The translations under genes and the position numbers were made by a program. From contig CAYMSF010000019.1 of the NCBI GenBank assembly GCA_964392985.1, positions 1,160 to 65,159 of the forward strand: a stretch of DNA of 64,000 nt, written 5' to 3'. Every line of letters starts with the position of its first letter. Position 1 is the first letter of the stretch. Below are positions 50,033 through 59,115 of the stretch, piece by piece. The notes below the pieces were generated by a model, which saw nothing but the letters and a program-made list of their open reading frames with translations, was not told the origin of the DNA and did no database searches. Source of the stretch: an uncultured Victivallaceae bacterium (GTDB taxonomy: Bacteria > Verrucomicrobiota > Lentisphaeria > Victivallales > Victivallaceae).

Positions 50033-50878
50033 ATGAACGCCGCACAAGTAAAAAAAGCCGCCAAGAAATTTGGCGCGGACCTGGTCGGAATTGCACCGAT
50101 ATCCCGTTTGGCACATCTCCCCAAAGAAAGTAACCCGCTGTCAATTTTCCCGGAAGCGAAATCGGTCATTGTCATCGGTCGCCGGATCCTGCGCGGTTCA
50201 CTGCGCGGGGTTGAAGAAGGCACCAGTTTTGACGGCACCTACCACTCATTCGGTTTCCGCTTTCTTGAAGACAATTTTCTGTCAAAAACCACCTATGATT
50301 TAAACTGCTGGATTGAAGCCCAGGGGTTTGAAGCTGTTCCGCTCTTTTCCTACGATCATGATGGCAGTGTTCAAGCGGTGCCGGTCGCGCCCGGAAAACC
50401 GGCGCCGAACGTTTATCTGAAATGGCAACTTTCCGCTCAAGCTGCCGGACTCGGTGAAATCGGATTGGGCGGTCTGTTCCTGACCCCGGAATTCGGACAT
50501 CGGCAACGTTTCGCCACCCTCCTTACCGATCAGGAACTAGAAGCCGACCCGGTAATGCCGCCGAAAACAATATGCAACAAATGCAAGGCCTGTATTGAAG
50601 CCTGCCCGTTGAATGCTTATGCCAAAACCACTCACAAAGAAGGCATCCCCGGCAGTGAATGTACCGTTGCCGATCTTGACGATAAAATTTGCGCAAAATG
50701 CGAGAACGGCGCCTGGATTCTACCGGGACGGTTCGATCATGTTGACCGCTGCGCCGCATCCTGCGGTCGTGCCTGCCTCGTCGCTTTGGAAACGAAAGGC
50801 GCGCTCTCAAATAAATTTGATAATGTATTCAGAAAACGTAGTGTCTGGAAGCGTTCTGTTCCCGGCCGCGCCAAGTAA
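50033..50878 (+). CDS. QueG/reductive-dehalogenase-superfamily Fe-S protein (single module, 281 aa)
   Basis: AKKFGADLVGIAPISR...AKSVIVIG, AAGLGEIGLGGLFLTPEFGHRQRFATLLTDQELEAD, CNKCKACIEACP, then RCAASCGRAC. No Tat or signal peptide. Confidence 0.7.
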   Translation: MNAAQVKKAAKKFGADLVGIAPISRLAHLPKESNPLSIFPEAKSVIVIGRRILRGSLRGVEEGTSFDGTYHSFGFRFLEDNFLSKTTYDLNCWIEAQGFEAVPLFSYDHDGSVQAVPVAPGKPAPNVYLKWQLSAQAAGLGEIGLGGLFLTPEFGHRQRFATLLTDQELEADPVMPPKTICNKCKACIEACPLNAYAKTTHKEGIPGSECTVADLDDKICAKCENGAWILPGRFDHVDRCAASCGRACLVALETKGALSNKFDNVFRKRSVWKRSVPGRAK

Positions 50879-50896
50879 CACTAAGGAGCAAATACC

Positions 50897-52033
50897 ATGA
50901 GCAAAAAATTAACCTCGCAGATGATCAAAGATCTGGCGAAAAAGATTGGTGCGGGCGGCGGCGGCGTGGATATCGTCGGCATCGCTAACATCGAACGTTT
51001 TGCCGGAGCTCCTGAACGGATGCATCCGAAGAATATTTTTCCGGATTGCAAGTCCGTAATCTCTATTGTGCAGCCAATTCCGCGAAGCACCTACCGCGGT
51101 ATCACTGAAGGCACCCACTGGTCAAATTACACCTATTACTCATACAACCGTCTCAATACGCTGTTCCGGCCCATGGTCACCTATGAATTGGCGCGGATGA
51201 TTGAAGACTGCGGCTTTGAAGCAGTTCCAGTCTTCCCCGGCGTGCCTGAAATGTATCCGAACAAACCCGATCCGGTCGCTCCCGACCGTCCGGTTCCGGA
51301 TGTATATCTGAATGTGCGTATTGCCGGAGTAGCTTGCGGTTTGGGTGAAATCGGCTGGTCAAAAGTCTTCATTCATCCGGTTTATGGACCGCGCGTCCGA
51401 TTGGGTACCATCCTGACTGATGCCGTATTAGAGCCTGACCCGTTGATTAAACCCAAAACATTATGCAAGCACTGCATGAAGTGTGTTCCGGACTGCCCGG
51501 GCAATGCGATTCCGCGAAAGGGCGAAAAACCGAGCATCAAAATTAATATTGAAGGGCAGGAATATGAGTGGGGCGATGTTCACATGGGTCGTTGTACCGC
51601 AACGCACCACGGCATTAACTACAAAGCCTCGCCATTCCTTAAACGCTATTTCCCGGGTTTCGATCTGGAGGTGACTGAAAGTAATATGTCTGAAGAACTG
51701 GCATATAGAATAACTTATACGATGGCGCAGGCCAACTGGTATCGTCAAAATCCGGAATTTCCCAGCAATGATTTGAATCCGTTTTACAAGCAGATCATGC
51801 AACATGTTGGATATTTTGCGGTTTGCGGCGCCAAAGGTTGCATCAGATCCTGTATGGAATTCCAGGAAAAGGCCAAAAACATCAAACAGCATACTTTCAA
51901 GACTCCGGTATTCCCCGGTCCGAAATGGGCATTGAAAAAACCAAGTGAGGATGAAACCGGCGGGATTGTTGAAAACAAGAAACTAAAAAAACTCTATCAG
52001 GATCCGGACTTGGATGCCGGTTGCTGGAAGTAA
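50897..52033 (+). CDS. QueG/reductive-dehalogenase-superfamily Fe-S protein (single module, 378 aa)
   Basis: VDIVGIANIERF...CKSVISIV, ACGLGEIGWSKVFIHPVYGPRVRLGTILTDAVLEPD, CKHCMKCVPDCP, GRCTATHHG, CGAKGCIRSC. Confidence 0.7.
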   Translation: MSKKLTSQMIKDLAKKIGAGGGGVDIVGIANIERFAGAPERMHPKNIFPDCKSVISIVQPIPRSTYRGITEGTHWSNYTYYSYNRLNTLFRPMVTYELARMIEDCGFEAVPVFPGVPEMYPNKPDPVAPDRPVPDVYLNVRIAGVACGLGEIGWSKVFIHPVYGPRVRLGTILTDAVLEPDPLIKPKTLCKHCMKCVPDCPGNAIPRKGEKPSIKINIEGQEYEWGDVHMGRCTATHHGINYKASPFLKRYFPGFDLEVTESNMSEELAYRITYTMAQANWYRQNPEFPSNDLNPFYKQIMQHVGYFAVCGAKGCIRSCMEFQEKAKNIKQHTFKTPVFPGPKWALKKPSEDETGGIVENKKLKKLYQDPDLDAGCWK

Positions 52034-52057
52034 TCAACCAGTTTAATGACAAAAAAT

Positions 52058-52091
52058 ATGCCCGGGAATTAATTCCCGGGCATTATTTTTT
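52058..52091. terminator. bidirectional rho-independent terminator between convergent genes
   Basis: ATGCCCGGGAATT/AATTCCCGGGCAT perfect 13-bp palindromic hairpin, flanked by AAAAAAT on one side and TATTTTTT on the other. Confidence 0.8.
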
Positions 52092-52103
52092 ACTGTAGTC
52101 CAA

Positions 52104-52850
52104 TCAATCAGCGAATGCAGCGTGAATACATTCAACGCATTGTTTTAACGCGGGAACAGGATTCTGCGCATCGCCTTCATATTCCAGAGTTACATAGCCG
52201 TCGAAATCAATTGATTTCAGAAAATCGGCGAGCCCTTTCAGATTCAGGTTGCCAGTACCGACGACGACATCCTCGGGTTTGCCGGCCCGGTTGAAAATAA
52301 AATCTTTCAGATGGAGACCGTAAAGCCGTTTTTGATGTTTTTTAGCGATTTCGAGCGGGTCAAAGCCGCTATCGAGCATCCATGCCGTATCGAGGCACAA
52401 CCCGACGCGGTTACTGCTCTTCTGTAACAGATTTTCTATCGCCCATGGTGCGCCCAACCGGTGATGTCTGCCGTGATTATGCAGTGCGAGTTTTTTGTTA
52501 TACTCTTCCGCCAGTTTTTCTGCTACCGCAAGACCGGCGTCATCGGCAAAATCAGCGGACAGCGTTGCAAAACCCGCCAATCTGGCAAATTCAAATGCCG
52601 GGCGCGCCAGCGCAACATCAGCACCGAAACCATGTACTCCGAAAGCGGAAATTGTGATTCCACCATCCTTGTAGGCTTTTAGTGTAGGGGCCGGATTATT
52701 GATATCGATATGCACGCCACAAATTTCGAGGTGATTCACACCGCATTCGCGCAATGCGGTAATCAGTTGCGGCGCATGTTTGAATTCACGAAAACACCAG
52801 CTTTGAATTGCCAGTCGAGAAACTATTTTACTGCCAGTAGACATAATCAT
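52104..52850 (-). CDS. sugar phosphate isomerase/epimerase (xylose isomerase-like TIM barrel)
   Basis: LALHNHG, CLDTAW, GLHLKD and VTLEYE are the metal-ligand pattern of the AP endonuclease 2/xylose isomerase-like fold. Confidence 0.8.
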   Translation of the reverse strand: MIMSTGSKIVSRLAIQSWCFREFKHAPQLITALRECGVNHLEICGVHIDINNPAPTLKAYKDGGITISAFGVHGFGADVALARPAFEFARLAGFATLSADFADDAGLAVAEKLAEEYNKKLALHNHGRHHRLGAPWAIENLLQKSSNRVGLCLDTAWMLDSGFDPLEIAKKHQKRLYGLHLKDFIFNRAGKPEDVVVGTGNLNLKGLADFLKSIDFDGYVTLEYEGDAQNPVPALKQCVECIHAAFAD

Positions 52851-52862
52851 CTTCCTTTATTG

Positions 52863-53888
52863 TTAAATTTTAGTCCAATCAAAAATCACCGTGGTATATT
52901 CATCCTTGCGATGCATCAAACCTTGATAAACATCCTGACACTGCGCCGGAGAAACGAGATGAGTCAGCAGCGGCTTGATTTTTAATCTGCCGGACTGAAT
53001 CAAATCCTTCAGAATATTACAATTCCTGGTCAAACTGTGTTTACAGCCACCTTCCGGACGGGTCGGATAACGCCATTCCAACGCACCTTTCACCGTAACA
53101 CAGCCGTGATCCCACAAATGTGAATAATTAAGGAATTTAGTCAGATTACACTGGTATTCACCGCGCGGAGAACCTAGCAATACCAATTCACTGCGTGGTC
53201 CGCCAAGTTGCGGCGCCTGTGCCGCTACGGCCGGAACGCCAGTTGCTTCGACAATAACATTAGCTTTGACGCCGCCAGTCAGTGCGAGCAGTTGTTCGAG
53301 CACATCGCCACAGGCGGGGTTGATGGTTTCAGTAATGCCGCAGGCGCGGGCTTGTTCAAGGCGGTGTTGCGCTAAATCAATGCCGATTACTCTGGCTCCG
53401 GCCAATTGGTAAAGCTGCGCCGCCAGATTGCCGATTGCTCCCATCCCGTAAACGACAACTATATCGCCAAGTTCAGGCGGTGATACGCGCAGCGCGGTGA
53501 TTGCCACTGCCGCCAGACGAATAAAGAGCAGTTCCGGCAGATTGCCGGATTCCGGCAATTTTACGGTAACATTGTAATTTGAGTCTAAATCCACGTTAGA
53601 GATTTCACGGTGCGCAGTATATGCGACCACGATTTCGCCGATTTCATAACCGGTTACGTCCGGTCCGATTGCGGTTACCTTGCCGACTGCGGCATAACCG
53701 AGATTAAACGGCAGTGGCGCCCAACTTTCCATCCCTTGATAAATGGCGAGCTCAGTTCCAGGGCTGACCAACGAATAGAGTGTTTTGATTTGGATTTGAC
53801 GCGCTCCAGGCGGTTGTTGCGAAGTTGCCTGCAGTTTGGCTTGCAACGGCTCAGTAATAATGATAGCTTGACTGTTCATGTTGTCCAT
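52863..53888 (-). CDS. medium-chain dehydrogenase/reductase (zinc-type alcohol dehydrogenase-like) oxidoreductase
   Basis: GroES-like N-terminus (SLVSPGTELAIYQG...GYAAVGKV). Rossmann VVVYGMGAIGNLAAQL. Confidence 0.8.
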   Translation of the reverse strand: MDNMNSQAIIITEPLQAKLQATSQQPPGARQIQIKTLYSLVSPGTELAIYQGMESWAPLPFNLGYAAVGKVTAIGPDVTGYEIGEIVVAYTAHREISNVDLDSNYNVTVKLPESGNLPELLFIRLAAVAITALRVSPPELGDIVVVYGMGAIGNLAAQLYQLAGARVIGIDLAQHRLEQARACGITETINPACGDVLEQLLALTGGVKANVIVEATGVPAVAAQAPQLGGPRSELVLLGSPRGEYQCNLTKFLNYSHLWDHGCVTVKGALEWRYPTRPEGGCKHSLTRNCNILKDLIQSGRLKIKPLLTHLVSPAQCQDVYQGLMHRKDEYTTVIFDWTKI

Positions 53889-53974
53889 CCTTGTAATAAT
53901 CAGGGTTTATAATATATTATAGCTTTATTCCGCATAATATCTTTAGCTGAAATTATCAAAATTTATCTGAAATT

Positions 53975-54868
53975 ATGATTTTAAATGAATTATCACCGCA
54001 TGTACGCAATATCAAAATAAATGTTTCTCGCGGACTTACTCCGGCATTTATTGATCCTGAACATGTCTTCACTTACCTGAAATCCGGTCATGGTTTTTTC
54101 AATATGGCAGATATGCAGTATGCGGTTCAACCCGGCGATATGATAATTATACCGCCATATCTTTTGCACATTATTAACTGTGCTAAAAATGAACCGCTGC
54201 TGCAATATGTCATTCATTTTGACTTGCGCTTTGACCCGGAAACCCCTGTCGCATTGACGCGCAAAGATGGAATGAGTTATAATCGGTCTGCTGAATGTTG
54301 CGGCAACTTATTTACGGACGTTCCCGCCGTGGTTTCAATTCCAGCGCCGGAGCGCCGCCGGGTTGAAGAAATTTTCCGCAGAATGGAGGATGAGGCTAAA
54401 CTTAAGACGGCATATTATGAATTACCGTTAAAGGCCGGTATGCTGGAACTTTTGACAATTTTTTTCCGGAACAGCCAGTTAAACAACACGCCGCCGCGTT
54501 GTGCCGGCGGAAAAACCTGGTTGAATCTGGAACGGGCGCTGCAATACATTCAAGCCCATTATCACGAACCGCTGGAGTTGGCGGCAGTCAGTCGGGAAGC
54601 GGGAGTGTCACTCAATTACCTCTGCCGGATATTCAAAGATTATACCAGCACTTCGATCCACCAGTATATCAATGCAGTACGCATCGTCGAAGCTAAACGC
54701 CGTATTGCTGCAACTGACTGCGGTTTTAAAGTAATTGCGGCGGAATGCGGTTTTTCCAGTGTACATCTGTTCAGCCGGATTTTTAAGTCTGTTTCCGGTC
54801 AGACACCGTCGGAATACCGGAATAAAATCCACGCACCGGAACAGAAACCGAAATCAATCGCTTTGTAA
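53975..54868 (+). CDS. AraC family transcriptional regulator
   Basis: Cupin-like N-terminus. C-terminal LAAVSREAGVSLNYLCRIFKDYT...IAAECGFSSVHLFSRIFKSVSGQTPSEY. Confidence 0.9.
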   Translation: MILNELSPHVRNIKINVSRGLTPAFIDPEHVFTYLKSGHGFFNMADMQYAVQPGDMIIIPPYLLHIINCAKNEPLLQYVIHFDLRFDPETPVALTRKDGMSYNRSAECCGNLFTDVPAVVSIPAPERRRVEEIFRRMEDEAKLKTAYYELPLKAGMLELLTIFFRNSQLNNTPPRCAGGKTWLNLERALQYIQAHYHEPLELAAVSREAGVSLNYLCRIFKDYTSTSIHQYINAVRIVEAKRRIAATDCGFKVIAAECGFSSVHLFSRIFKSVSGQTPSEYRNKIHAPEQKPKSIAL

Positions 54869-55051
54869 TAGTTGTCGTCGGGGCTGACTGGACAAGCTAG
54901 CTGTACGTCATACAGGCAATACGACCTATATGACCTGATGGTTCTGGATGTCCAATTACAAAAAAAGATACTTCAGGCGAACCTGAAGTATCTAAAAGTA
55001 ATCAACACAACATATTTCACTGCCTTGCTGAGAGTGACTCAGGCGGTGAAA

Positions 55052-57424
55052 TTACTTGGTTTTTTTGTTTGCTGCCGGACAATGTCTCAGGCACGGTTCC
55101 AGAATACAAGTACGGCATTTCATGACCGGATCTTTTTGACTGCAAGCATTGGCAAGATTTTCAATCGTAATTTCGCCTTTAGGAATTTTCGGATTGGTGG
55201 TGCTGCCGATCATCGCCGGACCTTCATCCGGATGCAGACTGTAACGTTTTGCCCAGTCACAACGATACCGCGGAATAATCGGATAATCAACCGTAACTCC
55301 GGCAACATTAATTTTAACACTTTTGCCCTTGATTGCTGACATCGGACATTTTTCCGTGCAAATTTTACATTTGCCGCAGACTTTAGCCGGTTTTGACGGC
55401 TGATCATAATCCAGTACAGCATCAGTAACGATACAAATCCGGCGTTGATGCGCTCCATGTTCAGGCGTTAACAAAGCGCCGCTGGTACCAATTTCGCCCA
55501 TTCCGGCGGCAACTGCTTCCAAAGCGCTGCATCTCATATCCGGCAACGGACCGCGCGGCGAGTCGGTATATGAACCGGCGCCGAGCAGATTTTGTGTCAT
55601 TATTGACTTGTAGCCCATTTTATCGAGGTAGGTGACCAGTTCAAAGGCGGCAAAAACCAGTTCAAACGCAGTTTGGAATTGATGGTAATTGTAGCAACCG
55701 ATCTGTTGGCTCTTTTCCAGTCCGGAATTGCGGATGAGTTCATCCGGATAGTGCATACCGAGAACGATAACCGATTTTGCGCCTTTAACGAAGTCTTTCG
55801 GTTTGCGGATTTTCAAATCCTCGTCAATAATTTGCGGTATGTATTTGCCGTGATAACTCAATTTAGCATTACTGTCAATGATTCTTTTTGATAGTTCTTT
55901 TTCATCAACAATTTTCTTCAATTGGTCGGCAACCGGGTCAAGGAGTGCCGCCGGAGCTACGCCGAACATACTGACCAGATTACTTTCCGCCAGCACTTCC
56001 AGTTTGCGACGTAACTGTTTACCGGAAAGCTTTTTCAACTTGTCGGTTTCCATTTTGCCGGAAATACGGTTGGATGAATCCACCGGGGCGCTCGTGGTAA
56101 TAACACCGACCATTTGATTGATACCGAATTCAGGTGTGACAAAAACGCCTTTTTCGATTTTGCCGAGGTCAGTCATGGCGGCTAATTCATCAGCGCGACT
56201 GTCTTTCGCCGGGGATCCGGTAATCGCAACCGCACTGTAACCATAATCTTCAATCATTCGAACAAGGCGTATCAGATTCCGTTGCATTTTTTGATGCGCA
56301 GCATGATCATAAGGCTGCTCGCATTTCTGTACTAATTTCGTCTGTTTGGCTTCGGGAGGAACCTGGAAGGCAAAAGCAAATACGGTCTTTACGCCGGGAG
56401 CTTCTTTTACCGCGAACTTGCCGGCTTTCGTATTTGTTTTCAACGGTGCCACCGCCACCAGATCAATGCCTAGTTCAACGGCACGGGCGGTAATGTCATC
56501 ACGCATCTTGCGCAATGTCGGCATCGTATCCGGATAACGCTGATTGATGCGGTTCTGAGCAATCATGCGGTCGCGACCAAAACTTTTCTTGTCGGTGCGT
56601 AAATGTGGCGGAATACAGACTTTCTGACAGACGCCACGTTCATGCCCACGTATACCGGCGCTATGCAGTTCATCTAAAATAACTTTCTCATCAATGTGTT
56701 TTCCGGCCTTCTTCAATGTATCTGAATTCAGGTCCAGGTTGAAATGTTCCGCCCAGGCGCAACGCCAGATATTTTTATTGGAATACTTATAGGTCTTGCC
56801 GCCAATTTCGACCACGTGCGGTTTCATCGAATTAAAATCGGTTTTCATGGCGCGGGAAGGACAATGCTTGATACATTCGCCGCACATATCGCAAAGGCGC
56901 GGACCATCATACATCGGAGTCGGCACCAGTTGCGCATCGGTAACAATGGAGATGAAACGGCAGCGACTGCCAAATTCAGGAGTAATCGTCAAACCCGACC
57001 AGCCGATTTCTCCCAAGCCTGCAGCAACTGCGGCATGCATGTGGGATAAATCAGGAGCAAACAGACTCGGAATGCCTTCATATTGACGGTAACGCCAGAT
57101 ATTGGAACTGACCACGGCTATCGCTTGATGGCTATGATCGTTCAACAACCTGACGACCCGGTAGGCGGCACGATCAAGCAACGAATTATGGTCCAACCAA
57201 CCGCCGGGACTGTGATCTTGCGGTTCTGGTTCACCGCCCATTTCGGTCCAGGTGTCGGTGATATGAATCGCCGCGACAATTACTGTCTTCGACTCTGGCA
57301 GAATCGCCTTGGGGCTGATCAGATAAGGTGCTTTGTCCCAGCGCTCAACCGGTCCGAAGCCAACCAGATCCATACCGTAATTCAACATTTCCGCTTTTAC
57401 TTTTTCTGTTAATACCCGGTTCAT
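55052..57424 (-). CDS. three-module QueG/reductive-dehalogenase-superfamily Fe-S protein (790 aa)
   Basis: Module 1: YGMDLVGFGPVERW, AAGLGEIGWSGLTITPEFGSRCRFISIVTDAQL, CDMCGECIKHCP, RCAWAEH. Module 2: ELGIDLVAVAPLK, VFVTPEFGINQMVGVITT, no Cys motif. Module 3: LVSMFGVAPAALLD, AAGMGEIGTSGALLTPEHGAHQRRICIVTDAVL, CGKCKICTEKCP, RCDWAKR, CRTCILEPCLRHCP. Confidence 0.7.
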   Translation of the reverse strand: MNRVLTEKVKAEMLNYGMDLVGFGPVERWDKAPYLISPKAILPESKTVIVAAIHITDTWTEMGGEPEPQDHSPGGWLDHNSLLDRAAYRVVRLLNDHSHQAIAVVSSNIWRYRQYEGIPSLFAPDLSHMHAAVAAGLGEIGWSGLTITPEFGSRCRFISIVTDAQLVPTPMYDGPRLCDMCGECIKHCPSRAMKTDFNSMKPHVVEIGGKTYKYSNKNIWRCAWAEHFNLDLNSDTLKKAGKHIDEKVILDELHSAGIRGHERGVCQKVCIPPHLRTDKKSFGRDRMIAQNRINQRYPDTMPTLRKMRDDITARAVELGIDLVAVAPLKTNTKAGKFAVKEAPGVKTVFAFAFQVPPEAKQTKLVQKCEQPYDHAAHQKMQRNLIRLVRMIEDYGYSAVAITGSPAKDSRADELAAMTDLGKIEKGVFVTPEFGINQMVGVITTSAPVDSSNRISGKMETDKLKKLSGKQLRRKLEVLAESNLVSMFGVAPAALLDPVADQLKKIVDEKELSKRIIDSNAKLSYHGKYIPQIIDEDLKIRKPKDFVKGAKSVIVLGMHYPDELIRNSGLEKSQQIGCYNYHQFQTAFELVFAAFELVTYLDKMGYKSIMTQNLLGAGSYTDSPRGPLPDMRCSALEAVAAGMGEIGTSGALLTPEHGAHQRRICIVTDAVLDYDQPSKPAKVCGKCKICTEKCPMSAIKGKSVKINVAGVTVDYPIIPRYRCDWAKRYSLHPDEGPAMIGSTTNPKIPKGEITIENLANACSQKDPVMKCRTCILEPCLRHCPAANKKTK

Positions 57425-57485
57425 CTTTTTTCTCCGTTGTTTAGGGAGCCATTAAAAAATACAAGAGTTACTTTTTTAAATAATC

Positions 57486-57502
57486 TTTCCATATTATGGA
57501 AA
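57486..57502. promoter_or_regulatory. 17-bp palindromic operator (promoter-proximal), candidate IclR site
   Basis: TTTCCATA-T-TATGGAAA, located about 20-40 nt downstream of the predicted start of the minus-strand transcript. Confidence 0.6.
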
Positions 57503-57529
57503 ATGCAAATTAATAAATTTACGTTTATA

Positions 57530-57558
57530 ATTATAACTGAGGTGACAGTCATTGTCAA
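57530..57558 (-). promoter_or_regulatory. consensus sigma-70-type promoter for the 790-aa gene
   Basis: Minus strand reads TTGACA (57558-57553), 17-nt spacer, TATAAT (57535-57530). Confidence 0.65.
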
Positions 57559-57582
57559 TTAAAACTATTTAAAAACCTGTAA

Positions 57583-57603
57583 ATTTTCCATATTATGGAA
57601 AAT
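57583..57603. promoter_or_regulatory. 21-bp palindromic operator (promoter-distal), candidate IclR site
   Basis: ATTTTCCATA-T-TATGGAAAAT has the same core as 57486-57502. Centres are 99 bp apart and bracket the promoter. Confidence 0.6.
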
Positions 57604-57617
57604 AGCCATTATAACAG

Positions 57618-58370
57618 TTATTCATTATACTGTAATTCGGCTATTTCCATAACGGCTTGACGCAAAACGGTAAGAATTTTTTCCTTTAACTGCTGACCGC
57701 ATCTGAACGCCGGCGAATAGCAACCGATTGCACCCAGGAGATGTTTACGGCTGTCTATCACCGGCATGGCAAATGAATTTACCCGGTTAGGATTAGGGTA
57801 AATGAGGCACTGGCGTTCTTTTCTGATTTTTACGATGTCGCGTTCATATCCCGGCCAGTTTTTTTCCGGTGGTCCATTGTTCTTAACAATGAGCTGGTAA
57901 TCTTCGGGAGTGGCAAAAGCGGTCAATACCCGACCAGTGGGTTGTTCATAAATACTGGTGGTTTCAACGACCTGCTGGTCAATGCGAATCACCTGCAGCG
58001 CCGGTTCGGTACGAATCAACACGACCCGTTTGCCGCCATGCAAAGTTACGAAAACCATCGCCTCATTAATTTCAGCGGTATAACGCTCCATTATTATTGA
58101 AAGATTTTCCTTGAAGAGGTTGTTTTCGACTTGATTGAGCAGTCCGAGGCGACGGCTTTTCGGTCCGGCAATATAACGACCGGCGGTATTCTGAGCCACA
58201 TACCCGCAAACTGACATCGTTTTAAGCAAATTATGTGCGGTATTGGGTGGTAATCCGAACCTGGCGGCGAGAACACCTAATTCAATCCCGCGCATTTCCT
58301 GATCTTCAAAAACGAGCAGGGAAAGGAGATCGAGCGCTTTTTTTACCGATTTTACCGGAACCTCTGCCAC
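57618..58370 (-). CDS. IclR family transcriptional regulator
   Basis: Winged HTH (GVLAARFGLPPNTAHNLLKTMSVCGYVAQ) plus an IclR effector domain (NSFAMPVIDSRKHLLGAIG). Confidence 0.9.
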   Translation of the reverse strand: MAEVPVKSVKKALDLLSLLVFEDQEMRGIELGVLAARFGLPPNTAHNLLKTMSVCGYVAQNTAGRYIAGPKSRRLGLLNQVENNLFKENLSIIMERYTAEINEAMVFVTLHGGKRVVLIRTEPALQVIRIDQQVVETTSIYEQPTGRVLTAFATPEDYQLIVKNNGPPEKNWPGYERDIVKIRKERQCLIYPNPNRVNSFAMPVIDSRKHLLGAIGCYSPAFRCGQQLKEKILTVLRQAVMEIAELQYNE

Positions 58371-58451
58371 AATATTTCCTGTTATTGAATATGATTGCCG
58401 AACAACATACCTGTTATTAAGTCTACGAATGTAAGATTTACCGCTGCCGGA

Positions 58452-58868
58452 TTATTTCCAAATCATAACGAGCGTTCCGGCAGTTATCAAACCGCCGGCA
58501 AGCATAGTTTTAAAAGTCAACTGTTCACCCAGAATAATAAAAGACAACAGCAAAGTAAGTACAATACTGCATTTGTCTATCGGGGCTACTTTAGAAACGT
58601 CACCCAGGGAAATTGCTTTGTAATAGAACAACCATGACAAACCGGTGGCCAAACCGGACAAGAGCAAAAAAGTCCAGTTGGTTTTATTCAATTTGCTGAT
58701 TCCGGCATGACCGCCTTGAGCAAAAACTATACCCCATGCCAGTAAAATAACTACGACAGTCCGGATTGCCGTGGCGAGATTGGAATCAACGCCTTTGATG
58801 CCGATTTTGGCTAAAATAGCAGTGAGGGCGGCAAACAACGCCGACAATAATGCAAATAACTGCCACAT
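58452..58868 (-). CDS. EamA-like (DMT superfamily) half-size transporter
   Basis: 138 aa with four predicted TM helices. LLSALFAALTAILAKIGIKGVDSNLATAIRT is typical of a single EamA domain. Confidence 0.75.
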   Translation of the reverse strand: MWQLFALLSALFAALTAILAKIGIKGVDSNLATAIRTVVVILLAWGIVFAQGGHAGISKLNKTNWTFLLLSGLATGLSWLFYYKAISLGDVSKVAPIDKCSIVLTLLLSFIILGEQLTFKTMLAGGLITAGTLVMIWK

Positions 58869-59115
58869 AATTTACCTTTCGGAACCCGGACAAATTGACA
58901 CTAAATAGACATCACGTAACAATATACTATTAAATTCGGCAAATAAAAACAGGACAATTCATCTCCGTTGTAATTTTGCCGGCTGGATTTGCTTTTTGCG
59001 ATAAAATTTATTTTTTTTAGATATTTTTGTTTATTTTTCCGGAAAATATACTATAATATAGACACGACTTAAGTGAATTGGAGTTTCCTGGCGTCTCACA
59101 TTTAACAGGGTTATC

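Noticed and set aside
58983-58999. Sigma-54-like CTGGAT-N-TTTTGC upstream of the small zinc-ribbon gene
   Set aside because: The GG-to-GC spacing is 11 nt, one too many, and the -24 element is TGGAT rather than TGGCA.
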